A stretch of DNA of 39,324 bases from Deltaproteobacteria bacterium. Its GTDB lineage: Bacteria; Desulfobacterota; Binatia; UBA12015. Both the position numbers and the translations under genes were made by a program. The DNA lies in contig JAYGCM010000083.1 of the NCBI GenBank assembly GCA_046583355.1, forward strand, positions 1-39,324, in the 5' to 3' direction. This document shows, piece after piece, positions 1-9,357 of the stretch; position 1 is the stretch's first letter; the number at the start of each line of letters is the position of its first letter. The notes beneath the pieces were generated by a model, which worked only from the letters and a program-made list of their open reading frames with translations, was not told where the DNA came from and ran no database searches.

Positions 1-641
1 TCACGGTAGCCGAGCGCCGTTTCGTAGCGGTGGTGGCCGTCGGCGATGAAGACCTGCTCGCCCTCAATGGCTGCGGCGACCGAGTGCATGCTCGCTTCGT
101 CCGTAAGCTTCCAGATACGCTGGCGTACGCCCTTATCATCGATGAAATCGGCGATCGCTTCGGCCTTATCCGCCAATCCGGCCAGGCCGAGGGCGATATC
201 GACGAAGCAGAAAATCGGGCTGAGGTTGGTGCGGCAAGTGCGGATCAGGCGCAGGCGGTCTTCTTTCGGCCCAGTGAGCGTGCGCTCATGCGGTAGGACG
301 ATATCGTCCTCGAAGCGCTCCAGCTGCAGCGTAGTGAGCAAGCCCCAGCGCTCATAGTCCTGGCCCCCGGCGGAAAACCCCTGGCAGGAGAGGAAATGGG
401 CGGGCTTGTCGTCACGACGAATCAGACCACGCACTTTCCAATCGGCCAGTAATTCGGCGGCGACCGAGTATTTCTCCTCGCCCTTGGGCAGGATGACGTG
501 GATCGCACAGGCCTCACGTCGCGCGGCGAGAGCGTCGCGCTCGGCCGGGCTGATGACGTCGTAGGGAGGAGCGATCAGCTCGGCCAGCGGGCCGGCCTCG
601 GCGGTATAGCGAAAGGGTCGAAATGCACGGATTGTAGCCAC
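1..641 (-). CDS. DUF1015 family protein (ParB/Srx-like fold), 3' end runs off the window
   Basis: Not in the ORF track. Manual translation from GTG 641: MATIRAFRPFRY...IAPPYDVIS...VLPHERTLTGPKEDRLRL...NLSPIF...FIADGHHRYETALGYR; PPYDVIS, PHERT and DGHHRY are DUF1015 hallmarks. Confidence 0.88.
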   Translation of the reverse strand, partial: MATIRAFRPFRYTAEAGPLAELIAPPYDVISPAERDALAARREACAIHVILPKGEEKYSVAAELLADWKVRGLIRRDDKPAHFLSCQGFSAGGQDYERWGLLTTLQLERFEDDIVLPHERTLTGPKEDRLRLIRTCRTNLSPIFCFVDIALGLAGLADKAEAIADFIDDKGVRQRIWKLTDEASMHSVAAAIEGEQVFIADGHHRYETALGYR

Positions 642-647
642 CCCCGC

Positions 648-675
648 TGTCTAGAGGTCCGACCGAAAAGTGCAA
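648..675 (-). promoter_or_regulatory. Candidate leaderless promoter TTGCAC-N16-TAGACA, 6 nt before the DUF1015 GTG
   Basis: Minus strand reads TTGCAC ttttcggtcggacctc TAGACA gcgggg GTG; same architecture at 6869, 14655 and 33516-33543. Confidence 0.65.
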
Positions 676-687
676 CGGCAGGGCCAA

Positions 688-723
688 TAAGAGCTGCGGG
701 CCTTCGGGCCGTGCGGGTTCAAG
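688..723 (+). pseudogene. Fragment of a type II (Leu-like) tRNA: anticodon-arm 3' side, variable arm and half T-arm
   Basis: TAAGA GCTGC G GGCC-TTCG-GGCC GT GCGGG TTCAAG resembles the tRNA-Leu variable arm plus T-arm; the 5' half and the T-stem partner CCCGC are absent. Confidence 0.5.
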
Positions 724-807
724 CTGAGCACGATCTCGTCGAGTTCCGATTGGCACCAAGTCGAGAGGTCCGTGATCGGCTATTTCCCTCGCAGGCTCGC
801 GCCCTCG

Positions 808-1083
808 TTAACTCGAAGGCACCATGTCGGGAGGGATCAGGCCACGGCGTCGCCAGCCGATGCGCATCAGCCAGCTGCGCGGCCGCGTCGCGCAGGCGAC
901 TGTATGCGGGCGGTTGACGGGGCCGCTCCAGCCGTCGAAAAATGCGGCCGTCGAATGCGGGTCCAGCCAGCGCCGCATAGCTCGCTCGCCGTGCTTGCGC
1001 GCGTTCAGCAACACGTAGGCAAGGGCGTTGCGCATCGCTCGCGGCGTCTTGAGTACGCGGTGGTGGAATCGGTCAGGGAAGAG
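808..1083 (-). pseudogene. C-terminal remnant of a REP-associated/IS200-like Y1 tyrosine transposase (RAYT-like)
   Basis: LFPDRFHHRVLKTPRAMRNALAYVLLNARKH...DPHSTAAFFDGW...PRSWLMRIGWRRRGLI matches the C-half of myxobacterial-type RAYTs; no N-terminal HUH segment upstream. Confidence 0.7.
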
Positions 1084-1214
1084 GAGTAGCCGGGGTGGGT
1101 TCAATGCGGCGACCCAACGTCCTCGACGAACTTGTCCGCGGGGCAATAAAAGCCGAGAGTCTTCCTGAAGGTGCGGCCGAAAAGTAGGGTTTTGCACAGA
1201 GGGCGCCGCTTGCG

Positions 1215-1987
1215 GCCACTGGACTGCGTCACGCTCGCTCCCGATGGCTACGGCTATTCCTCGGTCGCCTTCCTTGCCAGCCGCCAGAATCGAAGCCCGT
1301 CGAGCCGCGGAAATTTGGCTGCAAGACGGCAAAGCCTCGATTGGCCAGGAATTGCGCCATGCGGTCGAAGGCGCCGATTCTCCAGGCATTCGCGCCTGGG
1401 TCGACATGCTCGATCTGCATGAGGATATGTTCCGGATCGTCGGGGAGCGTGTGCAGCACATCGGCGCCGCTTTGGACGCGCGGCAGGCGGCGGCGTGTGC
1501 CGGCGGTATTGCCGGAGCCGGGTGCGTCTTTGAACCAGTATTTGGCAAAGGTGCGCAGATCGGAGCCATCGCGGTTCACGCCGAGTAGCCATGATTTTCG
1601 GCCACCGGTGCCGTCGCTGTAGAACACGCCATCGGGGAGGCTGGTCGTTACCAGCAGGCGGTCGTTGTTCGCCCAGCGAACCCGGTGCAGGTATTGTTTG
1701 TTCTTTTCGAGTCGGGCGACGGGCGTTTTTTTGTCGGTGTCGAGGTCCCAGACGAGCACGATGGTATTGCCCTGGTGGAATACCGAACCCGCGAGATAGC
1801 GGCCGTTCGGCGACAGTACCGGCCAATCGATATAGCCGTTCTGCGCAAAGGATTGAACAGGAAGCGTCGCGACCTTGGTGGACTCCGCGGCGGCCGGCGC
1901 GGCCAGCAGGAGGGGCAGGGCGACAAGGATGAATTGCGCCCCGTGCGAAATCAGATGCTTGACGAAAGGGTCCGTTCGTCTCAGCAT
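1215..1987 (-). pseudogene. S9 family (prolyl oligopeptidase/acylaminoacyl peptidase) pseudogene with internal deletion and frameshift
   Basis: Signal peptide and propeller start (LSPNGRYLA, VRWANNDRLLV, LPDDPEHILM) are joined directly to the catalytic-domain motif FDRMAQFLANRGFAVLQPNFRGSTG; a decayed AAGKE...DAVQW follows in another frame; no GxSxG. The ORF-track frame stops at 1229. Confidence 0.75.
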
Positions 1988-2076
1988 GCTTGGTCTCTCC
2001 CTGGCTTGTGGAGAGCGTGTCGCCGTTGCGGTTTGAAGTAAAGCGGAAAGGAGCGGATTCGGAGTCTTTCTGCTCG

Positions 2077-2676
2077 CTACGAGGAGATCACCTTATTGAG
2101 AGTTTCCTTGCTGATTGGGCCGACGCGGAGGATCTCCAGGGGCGGGCCGGGGAGGATGACGGTCGAGGCCTCGCCGTCACGCGGGCCGTCGTCCAGATAG
2201 ACGGTGACGGTCTTGGCGAAGTAGGCGCGTGCGCCGGTGACGCCCGGTGCCGGGGGCAAGCCGGTCGGGTTGGCGCTGGGCGCGCAGATCGGCCGGCCGA
2301 GCTCGCGGGCGAGACGCGCGGCCACCGGGTCGCTGGTGACGCGCATTCCGACCCGGCCTTCGCCGGTGATGGCCTCGGGCAGCCCCGGCCTGGCCGGGAG
2401 TACCAGCGTCAGCGGGCCGGGCCAGAAGGCCTTGGCCAGGGCGGCGGCGTTGCCGACCAAGGCCTCCGTCAGCTGTGATGCCTGCGCGGCCTCGCCGAGA
2501 ATGACGGCGAGCGGTTTGTCGTCGGGGCGATGCTTGGCTGCGCAGAGGCGCGCCACCGCGTCGGGGTTGGTGGCGTCGCAGCCGATGCCGTAGAGGGTCT
2601 CGGTCGGGAAGATGACGAGCTCGCCTTCCTCCAGAGCTTCGATTGCACGCTTGATCTGTTCGTCGGTCGCACTCAT
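2077..2676 (-). CDS. tsaC: L-threonylcarbamoyladenylate synthase (YrdC/TsaC, short Sua5 form)
   Basis: FPTETLYGIGCDA, KHRPDDKPL, FWPGPLTLV, APSAN motifs; ATGA overlap with purD. Confidence 0.93.
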   Translation of the reverse strand: MSATDEQIKRAIEALEEGELVIFPTETLYGIGCDATNPDAVARLCAAKHRPDDKPLAVILGEAAQASQLTEALVGNAAALAKAFWPGPLTLVLPARPGLPEAITGEGRVGMRVTSDPVAARLARELGRPICAPSANPTGLPPAPGVTGARAYFAKTVTVYLDDGPRDGEASTVILPGPPLEILRVGPISKETLNKVISS

Positions 2677-3971
2677 GAGTGGTGGTTATCCTCTTGGAGG
2701 GCGCGGTGGCCGATATCGCGTCGATATCGTGCGCCGGGCCAAGTGATCTTCTCGCATGCTTCGTAGGCGCGCTCTACCGCCGCCTGAATGCTCGCGCCGA
2801 GCGCAGTGACGCCGAGCACGCGGCCACCCGAGGTCGTCGTCGCGCCGGCCTCGTCGCGCTTCGTGCCGGCGTGGAAGACGAAGGCATCGGCTACGCCGGC
2901 GGCATTGTGCAGCCCCGCGATGGTATCGCCCTTTTTCGGCGAGGCAGGGTAGCCCTCGGCGGCCATGACGACACACGCGGCTGGGCGGGAATCCCAGTCG
3001 ATTTGCACCCGATCCAGCGTACCGTCAATGGTGGCGTCGATCAGGTCGAGCAGATCGGTTTTGAGCCGCATCATCAGGGTCTGGCATTCGGGATCGCCGA
3101 AGCGGACATTGAACTCAAGCACTTGGAGACGGCCCTGGTGGATCATCAGGCCGGCGTAGAGCACTCCCTTGAAGGTGATGCCGCGTGCTCGCAGCGCGCG
3201 CACTACGGGCTCGCAGACTTCCTTTGTGGCCCGTTCGAAGAGGGCGTCTGTGACGATCGGAGCCGGTGAATAGGCGCCCATGCCGCCGGTATTGGGGCCG
3301 GTATCGCCTTCGCCGATTCGCTTATGGTCCTGTGAGGAGGCCAGCGGCAGAACATGCTCGCCATCGACCAATGCGATGAAGGAGGCCTCCTCGCCGAGCA
3401 GCAATTCCTCGATGACCACGGTCGCACCGGCTGCGCCGAAGGCGTTCTCGACCATGGCCTCGTCGACCGCCGCGTGTGCCTCGGCGAGGCCGCTACAGAC
3501 CGTGACACCCTTGCCGGCGGCGAGTCCGTCGGCCTTGACGACGATGGGTGCCCCTTGGGCGTCGATATAGGCATGCGCTGCTGCGGTGTCCTGGAAGCTT
3601 CCATAGGCAGCCGTGGGGACGCCGGCCTCGGCGAGAATTTCCTTGGTGAAGGATTTGCTCTCTTCGAGACGGGCGCCGTCGCGGCACGGGCCGAAAATCC
3701 GCAACCCCTTGGCCTCGAAGGCGTCGACGATTCCCTCGGTCAGGGGGGCCTCAGGGCCGACCACCGTGAGGTCGATGCCCTGGTCCGCCGCAAAGGAGAG
3801 GAGGGCCTCGGTATTCGAGCCGCAATCCACGGTATTGCGAATTTTAGAATTGCCCGATGCGGTGCCGCCGTTGCCGGGTGCGCAGATGATTTCTGTGACG
3901 CGCGGTGATTGCGCGAGTTTCCAGGCGAGCGCATGTTCGCGCCCGCCGCCTCCGATGATCAGAATTTTCAT
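2673..3971 (-). CDS. purD: Phosphoribosylamine--glycine ligase
   Basis: MKILIIGGGGREHALAW, KADGLAAGKGV, GPNTGGMGAYSP, EFNVRFGDPE; start reassigned to ATG 3971. Confidence 0.97.
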   Translation of the reverse strand: MKILIIGGGGREHALAWKLAQSPRVTEIICAPGNGGTASGNSKIRNTVDCGSNTEALLSFAADQGIDLTVVGPEAPLTEGIVDAFEAKGLRIFGPCRDGARLEESKSFTKEILAEAGVPTAAYGSFQDTAAAHAYIDAQGAPIVVKADGLAAGKGVTVCSGLAEAHAAVDEAMVENAFGAAGATVVIEELLLGEEASFIALVDGEHVLPLASSQDHKRIGEGDTGPNTGGMGAYSPAPIVTDALFERATKEVCEPVVRALRARGITFKGVLYAGLMIHQGRLQVLEFNVRFGDPECQTLMMRLKTDLLDLIDATIDGTLDRVQIDWDSRPAACVVMAAEGYPASPKKGDTIAGLHNAAGVADAFVFHAGTKRDEAGATTTSGGRVLGVTALGASIQAAVERAYEACEKITWPGARYRRDIGHRALQEDNHHS

Positions 3972-4037
3972 TTTTAATATTGTGCTTGTTGGCGAAGTGT
4001 TTCGACCTTGCATCCGTGCTTTGCGGCTCTTCTGCCC

Positions 4038-5597
4038 CTAATGCCGGAAGTGACGGGCGCCGGTGAGAACCATGCTCGCGCCGCGTTTGTCGGCGAGTTC
4101 AATCGAGGCATCGTCGCGCATGCTGCCGCCGGGTTGGACGATGGAAGTCGCGCCCGCATCGAGCGCGATCTCTACGCCGTCGGGGAAGGGGAAGAAGGCG
4201 TCGCTGGCGATCGTGCTGCCGGCAAGTGAGAGGCCTTGGCGTTTGGCCGAATCGATGGCGATGCGAACGGCGTCGACGCGCGAGGTCTGACCACCGCCGA
4301 CGCCGAGCGTGCGGTCGCCTGTGCAGAAGACGATTGCATTTGATTTGACGTGCTTGACTACGCGCCAGCCGAAGTCCATGGCGCGAAGCTCTTCGGCACC
4401 CGGCTTCTTTGCCGTGGCGATGGGAGCTGTGTGTACGTCTTCGACGGCCTCATCGCGATCCTGCACCAGCCAGCCGCCCAGCACCCGGCGGATATCGGAC
4501 TCGCCGCTCGGGGTAGCGGCGACATTCCATTTCATCAGGCGGCGGTTTTTCTTTTTCTGCAACAGGGCCAGCGCATCGGCCGAGAAATCGGGGGCGATCA
4601 GCACTTCCGTGAAGATCTCGTCGACCGCCTCGGCCAGAGCCAGGTCCCAGGTCTGGTTGCAGACCAGAATGCCGCCGAAGGGGGACTCGGGGTCGGTCGC
4701 GAAGGCCTTGTCCCAGGCTTCCTTGGGCGTGTCGCCGGCACCTACGCCGCAGGGCGTATTGTGTTTGAGGATCGCCATCACGGCGCGCTCGTCGTCCTTG
4801 AAGTCGGTCATCAGGCGGAGCGCGGCGTCGATATCGACGATGTTGTTGTAGGAGAGAGCCTTGCCGTGCAATTGCTCGAGCAACCCGCCGAGGTTTCCGT
4901 AAAGCGCGGCTTTTTGCGCGGGGTTCTCGCCGTAACGCAACGCCGCTTCGCGCTTGAGCGGCAGGTGCAGCGTCTCGCCGAAGGGTTCTTCTTCCGTGGT
5001 CTCGAGGTTGCCGAGGTAGTCGGCGATCATGCCGTCATAGGCAGCGGTGGCGGCGTAGACCTTGCGCGCCAGGCGTGCGCGCGTCGCGAGTGTTGTGGCG
5101 CCGTCGTCGCGTTTCATTTCCTCCAAGACGATGGCGTAATCGGCGGGGTCGACCAATACGGTCACCGCGGCATGGTTCTTTGCCGCCGAGCGCAGCATGG
5201 AGGGGCCGCCGATGTCGATATTCTCGATCGCTTCTTCCAGGGTGCAGCCGCGCGCCGTGACCTCGGCGAAGGGGTAGAGATTCACGCAGACCAGGTCGAT
5301 CGGCGGGATATCATGCTCGGCCATGGCGGCCTTGTGGGTCTCGAGGTCGCGTCGCCCGAGCAGGCCACCGTGGATTTTGGGATGTAGAGTCTTGACGCGC
5401 CCGTCCATCATCTCGGGAAAGCCGGTGTATTCCGAGACATCTTTGACCGTGAGGCCCTCGTCGCGCAATGCTTTGGCGGTGCCGCCTGTCGATAGCAATT
5501 CCACGCCGTACTCGGCCAGGCCTTTGGCCAATTCGACGACTCCGGCTTTGTCGCTCACTGAAAGCAGCGCTCTCCGGATTTTTGCATTCTGACTCAT
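4038..5597 (-). CDS. purH: Bifunctional AICAR transformylase / IMP cyclohydrolase
   Basis: RALLSVSDK, GRVKTLHPKIHGG, IDIGGPSMLRSAAKNH, LRYGENP, ASDAFFPF, C-terminal RHFRH. Confidence 0.97.
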   Translation of the reverse strand: MSQNAKIRRALLSVSDKAGVVELAKGLAEYGVELLSTGGTAKALRDEGLTVKDVSEYTGFPEMMDGRVKTLHPKIHGGLLGRRDLETHKAAMAEHDIPPIDLVCVNLYPFAEVTARGCTLEEAIENIDIGGPSMLRSAAKNHAAVTVLVDPADYAIVLEEMKRDDGATTLATRARLARKVYAATAAYDGMIADYLGNLETTEEEPFGETLHLPLKREAALRYGENPAQKAALYGNLGGLLEQLHGKALSYNNIVDIDAALRLMTDFKDDERAVMAILKHNTPCGVGAGDTPKEAWDKAFATDPESPFGGILVCNQTWDLALAEAVDEIFTEVLIAPDFSADALALLQKKKNRRLMKWNVAATPSGESDIRRVLGGWLVQDRDEAVEDVHTAPIATAKKPGAEELRAMDFGWRVVKHVKSNAIVFCTGDRTLGVGGGQTSRVDAVRIAIDSAKRQGLSLAGSTIASDAFFPFPDGVEIALDAGATSIVQPGGSMRDDASIELADKRGASMVLTGARHFRH

Positions 5598-5612
5598 GGC
5601 GCTCTCTTCTCC

Positions 5613-6785
5613 TCAACCAAAAGGTTCCACATAAGTGCGCGGGATGGACCCGCCCGCGCGTACAAGCAATTCATAACCGATGCTGCCCGCGCGTTCCGCG
5701 AGTTCCATCACATCGGGCGCGCCGTCAGCGGGGCCGCCCCATACGACGACTTCGTCGCCGTGCTTCACCGCGCCTGCGGCCGTGACGTCGACCATTGTAT
5801 GGTCCATCGAGATGGTGCCGACGACGGGCGCAAGCCGGCCGCGAATCATCATATAGCCGCGGTTCGAGAGTCCGCGCAGATAGCCCTGGCCGTAGCCGAT
5901 CGGTACGACGGCGATGCGGCTGTCGCGCGGCGCGCGCCAGCTATGGCCGTATCCGACGCCTTCACCGGCCTGGATTGCACGGATCTGCACGATTTTCGTG
6001 AGCACTTCCATGACGGGTTTGAGGTTGACCTCTGCGGCCAGACTCGGGTGCGGCAGCCCGCCGTAAAGAGCAATGCCCGGCCGAACCATATTCAGATGGG
6101 TCGTGCGGTCAGCGAGCAGGCCGGCGGAGTTGGCGAGGTGGAGTTGGCGGGGGCCGTGGCCGGCCTCCTTGAGTGTCTTGGCGGCCGCCAGGAGAGCCGT
6201 GCGTTGTTCCTGGATGCTCTTGTGGCCGGGGATGTCGGCATGCGCGAGGTGCGAGTAGAGGCCTTCGACCACGAGACGGTTCTTTTGCAGCAGGGTGGCG
6301 AGCTTCGGGAGATCGCCGGCGGCGAACCCCATACGCCGCATGCCGGTGTCGACGTTTACGTGCACGCGCAGGGGGGTGGCATCGCTGAGGGCTGCTGCCA
6401 CCGCGGCGGCCGACTCAAGTGAGGTCAGCGTCGGCGTGATGCCGAGTCGGATGGCCTCGCTGGCATCCGTCGTACTGAGCGGGGCGAAGACGAGAATCCG
6501 GCTGGCGATGCCGGCGTCGCGGAGCTCGACGCTTTCTTCGAAAGAGGCCGTGGCGAGGAGGTCCACGCCGCAGCGCACCAGGTGGCGAGCAATGGGCGCG
6601 GCGCCGTGGCCGTAGGCGTCGGCCTTCACGACGGCTGCCATCCGGACCTCGGGGCCCGTGATGCGCCGGATTTCGCCGACATTATGCGACAAGGCGGCAA
6701 GGTCGATCCGCGCCACAGCGCGTTGGTCGCCGACGCCCTTGGGCGCCCGCGTTGCCGATGTCAGACCTGTTGAACCCGCGGCCAC
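5613..6785 (-). CDS. alr: Alanine racemase (start uncertain)
   Basis: AVVKADAYGHG (PLP lysine), DTGMRRMG, MVRPGIALYG, PIGYGQGY, GTISMD. Confidence 0.95.
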   Translation of the reverse strand: MAAGSTGLTSATRAPKGVGDQRAVARIDLAALSHNVGEIRRITGPEVRMAAVVKADAYGHGAAPIARHLVRCGVDLLATASFEESVELRDAGIASRILVFAPLSTTDASEAIRLGITPTLTSLESAAAVAAALSDATPLRVHVNVDTGMRRMGFAAGDLPKLATLLQKNRLVVEGLYSHLAHADIPGHKSIQEQRTALLAAAKTLKEAGHGPRQLHLANSAGLLADRTTHLNMVRPGIALYGGLPHPSLAAEVNLKPVMEVLTKIVQIRAIQAGEGVGYGHSWRAPRDSRIAVVPIGYGQGYLRGLSNRGYMMIRGRLAPVVGTISMDHTMVDVTAAGAVKHGDEVVVWGGPADGAPDVMELAERAGSIGYELLVRAGGSIPRTYVEPFG

Positions 6786-6868
6786 GAACGTAGCTACTCA
6801 CCCCGGCGCTCCTTGTAAAGAAATCGGCCTTCTTGTGGAGGAAGGACAGCCACGGAGGGCGGGGCGGA

Positions 6869-6896
6869 TTGCACTTTCCAGCGGGGGGTTTAGGTA
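6869..6896 (+). promoter_or_regulatory. Candidate leaderless promoter TTGCAC-N16-TAGGTA, 7 nt before thiS GTG
   Basis: TTGCAC tttccagcggggggtt TAGGTA ttggtga GTG(6904). Confidence 0.55.
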
Positions 6897-6903
6897 TTGG
6901 TGA

Positions 6904-7104
6904 GTGGAGATCCGGTTGAATGGGGAGGAGATGCGCTTTGCGGTGGGCATCACTTTGGCCGATCTGATTGAGCATCTGGGCCTCGCGGGGCGCCGGGTGG
7001 CGATCGAATGCAATCGGGATATCATTCCGCGCGACCGCCATGGTGAGCACCGGCTCGAGCCCGGTGATGTCGTCGAGGTCGTGCAATTCGTGGGTGGGGG
7101 GTGA
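6904..7104 (+). CDS. thiS: Sulfur carrier protein ThiS
   Basis: 66 aa, IRLNGE start, C-terminal [10 protein letters not shown]; overlaps thiG. Confidence 0.95.
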   Translation: MEIRLNGEEMRFAVGITLADLIEHLGLAGRRVAIECNRDIIPRDRHGEHRLEPGDVVEVVQFVGGG

Positions 7105-7892
7105 GTGTGGCAGAGCCAATCAAAGATCCGTTGGTGATCGGCGAGCATGTTTTTTCGTCTCGGCTGATCGTCGGAACGGGCAAATACAAGGACTTCGCGG
7201 AGACGCGCAAGGCCATCGAGGAGAGTGGCGCTGAGATGGTCACGGTGGCCGTCAGGCGTGTGAATATCACCGACCCTGGTGAGGAAAATCTCCTCGACTA
7301 TCTGCCCTTGTCGAGGTTCACGATTCTGCCCAATACGGCCGGCTGTTTCACGGCGGCGGATGCCGTGCGCACGGCAATGCTGGCGCGCGAGGCGGGCGTC
7401 GGGAACCTCGTGAAGGTGGAAGTCCTGGGAGATGAACGAACGCTCTTCCCCGATGTCCCGGCCACACTCGAGGCCTCAAAGACATTGATTGATGAAGGCT
7501 TTACCGTCCTGCCCTATATCACGGACGATCCGATCAGTTGCCGCAAACTCGAAGATATGGGCTGTGCGGCTGTCATGCCGCTGGCGGCGCCGATTGGCTC
7601 GGGGCTGGGTATTCGGAATCCCTACAATCTCAAGATCATCGTCGAGCAATCCAATGTGCCGGTGATCGTCGATGCCGGCGTGGGTTGCGCGTCCGATACC
7701 GCCAAGGTCTTCGAGTTGGGGTGCGATGCCGTTCTGATGAATACGGCAATTGCCGGTGCCACCGACCCCATTCGCATGGCGCGCGCGATGAAGCTGGCCG
7801 CGTCGGCCGGTCGGGACTCGTTTCTTGCCGGACGCATTCCACGTAAATTGTACGCGACGGCATCGAGCCCGATTGAAGGGATGCTCGACTGA
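7101..7892 (+). CDS. thiG: Thiazole synthase
   Basis: [48 protein letters not shown]. Confidence 0.97.
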   Translation: MSVAEPIKDPLVIGEHVFSSRLIVGTGKYKDFAETRKAIEESGAEMVTVAVRRVNITDPGEENLLDYLPLSRFTILPNTAGCFTAADAVRTAMLAREAGVGNLVKVEVLGDERTLFPDVPATLEASKTLIDEGFTVLPYITDDPISCRKLEDMGCAAVMPLAAPIGSGLGIRNPYNLKIIVEQSNVPVIVDAGVGCASDTAKVFELGCDAVLMNTAIAGATDPIRMARAMKLAASAGRDSFLAGRIPRKLYATASSPIEGMLD

Positions 7893-7918
7893 AGACGCTC
7901 CCCTTCGCCCCCGGCCTG

Positions 7919-8533
7919 ATGTTGGTGACCGCGCGCCAGCGCTTCCCGGCACCGTCAGCCGGTGAGGTAATGGCCGCGGCCGAACGCAAGGCCGTCGAGA
8001 ACGTGCTTGCTGCTGGGGTAGGGGCGGTGCAATTGCGCGAGAAGGATCTGGCGGGTGGCCTTCTCTTCGCGCGGGCCTGCCTCTTCCGCGAGCTCTGCCA
8101 CCGCTATGGTGCGCTTCTGCTGGTGAATGATCGAGTGGATGTGGCGCTTGCCGCCGGGGCTGATGGAGTGCATTTGCCGGCGGCGGGCCTGTCGGTCGTG
8201 GCGGCGCGCGCCTTGCTTCCGGCCGGCGCCATCATCGGTAGATCGGCGCATGGGGTGGGCGAAATCGATGCCGCGGCCGAGGCGGATTATATGATCTTCG
8301 GCCCGGTCTATGAAACTCCCGACAAGCTTTCCTTTGGGGCACCGCAGGGGATTGCCGGCCTCGCGGTCGCCGTAGCGCAAAGCCGCGCTCCGGTGGTCGC
8401 CATCGGCGGCATTCGGCCCGATCGCGTAGCCGAAGTGCGGCGCGCGGGTGCCGCCGGTGTAGCGGCGATCGGAGCGCTGCTCGACGACCCGACCACCGTC
8501 GCAGGCTTTGCCGCCGAGTTGGCGCACCGCTAG
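7919..8533 (+). CDS. thiE: Thiamine phosphate synthase (ThiE/TenI family); start may be CTG 7889
   Basis: VQLREK, VNDRVDVALA, GVHL, GRSAH, GPVYETPDK, VAIGGI; follows thiG. Confidence 0.8.
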   Translation: MLVTARQRFPAPSAGEVMAAAERKAVENVLAAGVGAVQLREKDLAGGLLFARACLFRELCHRYGALLLVNDRVDVALAAGADGVHLPAAGLSVVAARALLPAGAIIGRSAHGVGEIDAAAEADYMIFGPVYETPDKLSFGAPQGIAGLAVAVAQSRAPVVAIGGIRPDRVAEVRRAGAAGVAAIGALLDDPTTVAGFAAELAHR

Positions 8534-8568
8534 CGGTGCGTCGGCCGGGGGGCGGGAAGCTCGGATTC

Positions 8569-9189
8569 TCAGGAGGGCAGAAAGGCAACCTCGCCGGTGG
8601 CTGGGTCGTAGATCGCGCCGAGAATTATCAGTTTCCCAGCGGCTTCGGCGCTGTGCAGGGCGTCGCTCTCCTTGCGGATCGTTGCGAGGGACGCGCGCAC
8701 ATTCGCTTCGATTGCTGCATCGAGGTCGGTCATGCCGGCAATGCCGGGTGTGATGGCCTCCATGAGGATGGCGATATGGCCGGGCGCCGTGCTGCCCTCC
8801 AACGCGGCCGCGACCGCGCCGCAGGTCCGGTGCCCGAGCACGAGTAGCAGCGGCACATGGAGCATGGCCGACGCGAACTCCAGGCTGCCGAGAGTCATTT
8901 TCGCGGCCGCAGTATTGCCGGCCTCGCGGACACTGAAGATCTCGCCGAGGAGGGTGTCGAAGATGAGTTCCGGGGCAAGGCGTGAGTCGGCGCAGGTGAG
9001 GACAGCCGCCCAAGGCTCCTGCCCCGCGCCGTTTCTGGCGAACATCGCGTCGAGATCGGCGCGTTCGACTACTCGGCGGGCACGCGTGGCGAAGCGCTGG
9101 TTGCCATCGACGAGGCGTGCCAAGGCCTCGCGGCTTGCGGCGTTGGTGTTTTCCGGCGGAGCATTCATGGTCGTCACAGAACGTCGCAT
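8569..9189 (-). CDS. Beta-class carbonic anhydrase (alternative start 9168)
   Basis: Zn ligands CADSR and LGHRTCGA; L..GNQRF N-terminus. Confidence 0.93.
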   Translation of the reverse strand: MRRSVTTMNAPPENTNAASREALARLVDGNQRFATRARRVVERADLDAMFARNGAGQEPWAAVLTCADSRLAPELIFDTLLGEIFSVREAGNTAAAKMTLGSLEFASAMLHVPLLLVLGHRTCGAVAAALEGSTAPGHIAILMEAITPGIAGMTDLDAAIEANVRASLATIRKESDALHSAEAAGKLIILGAIYDPATGEVAFLPS

Positions 9190-9266
9190 GCTCCTGTAAT
9201 CCGCTCAAGCTCTTGCCCCGCCGCGCGACTTACCGGGCGCCAGAATCAAGTCCTCGGCCCTCATCA

Positions 9267-9319
9267 GCGGGATAGTCCCGCGAAAGGGATAAGGGGACGA
9301 AATTCGGTACACGTCCCCT
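9267..9319. repeat. Tandem inverted repeats in the carbonic anhydrase/sixA divergent intergenic region
   Basis: GCGGGA-TAG-TCCCGC (9267-9281) and AGGGGACG-N12-CGTCCCCT (9292-9319). Confidence 0.55.
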
Positions 9320-9357
9320 GAACGGGACACGGAGTGGGGGGTGTGCGATGAGGGGGG

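Noticed and set aside
660..760. Intact tRNA gene
   Set aside because: No acceptor or D arm and no T-stem 3' strand; kept only as a fragment.
808..1569. 253-aa ORF as a real gene
   Set aside because: Its upstream part is an alternative frame of the peptidase pseudogene; only the last ~90 aa are protein-like.
5598..5612. ZTP riboswitch before purH
   Set aside because: Only 15 nt separate alr and purH.
9255..9320. Hammerhead ribozyme or fluoride riboswitch (CTGATGAG on minus strand)
   Set aside because: No GAAA after a stem II; no GATG loop or pseudoknot complement of the crcB aptamer.
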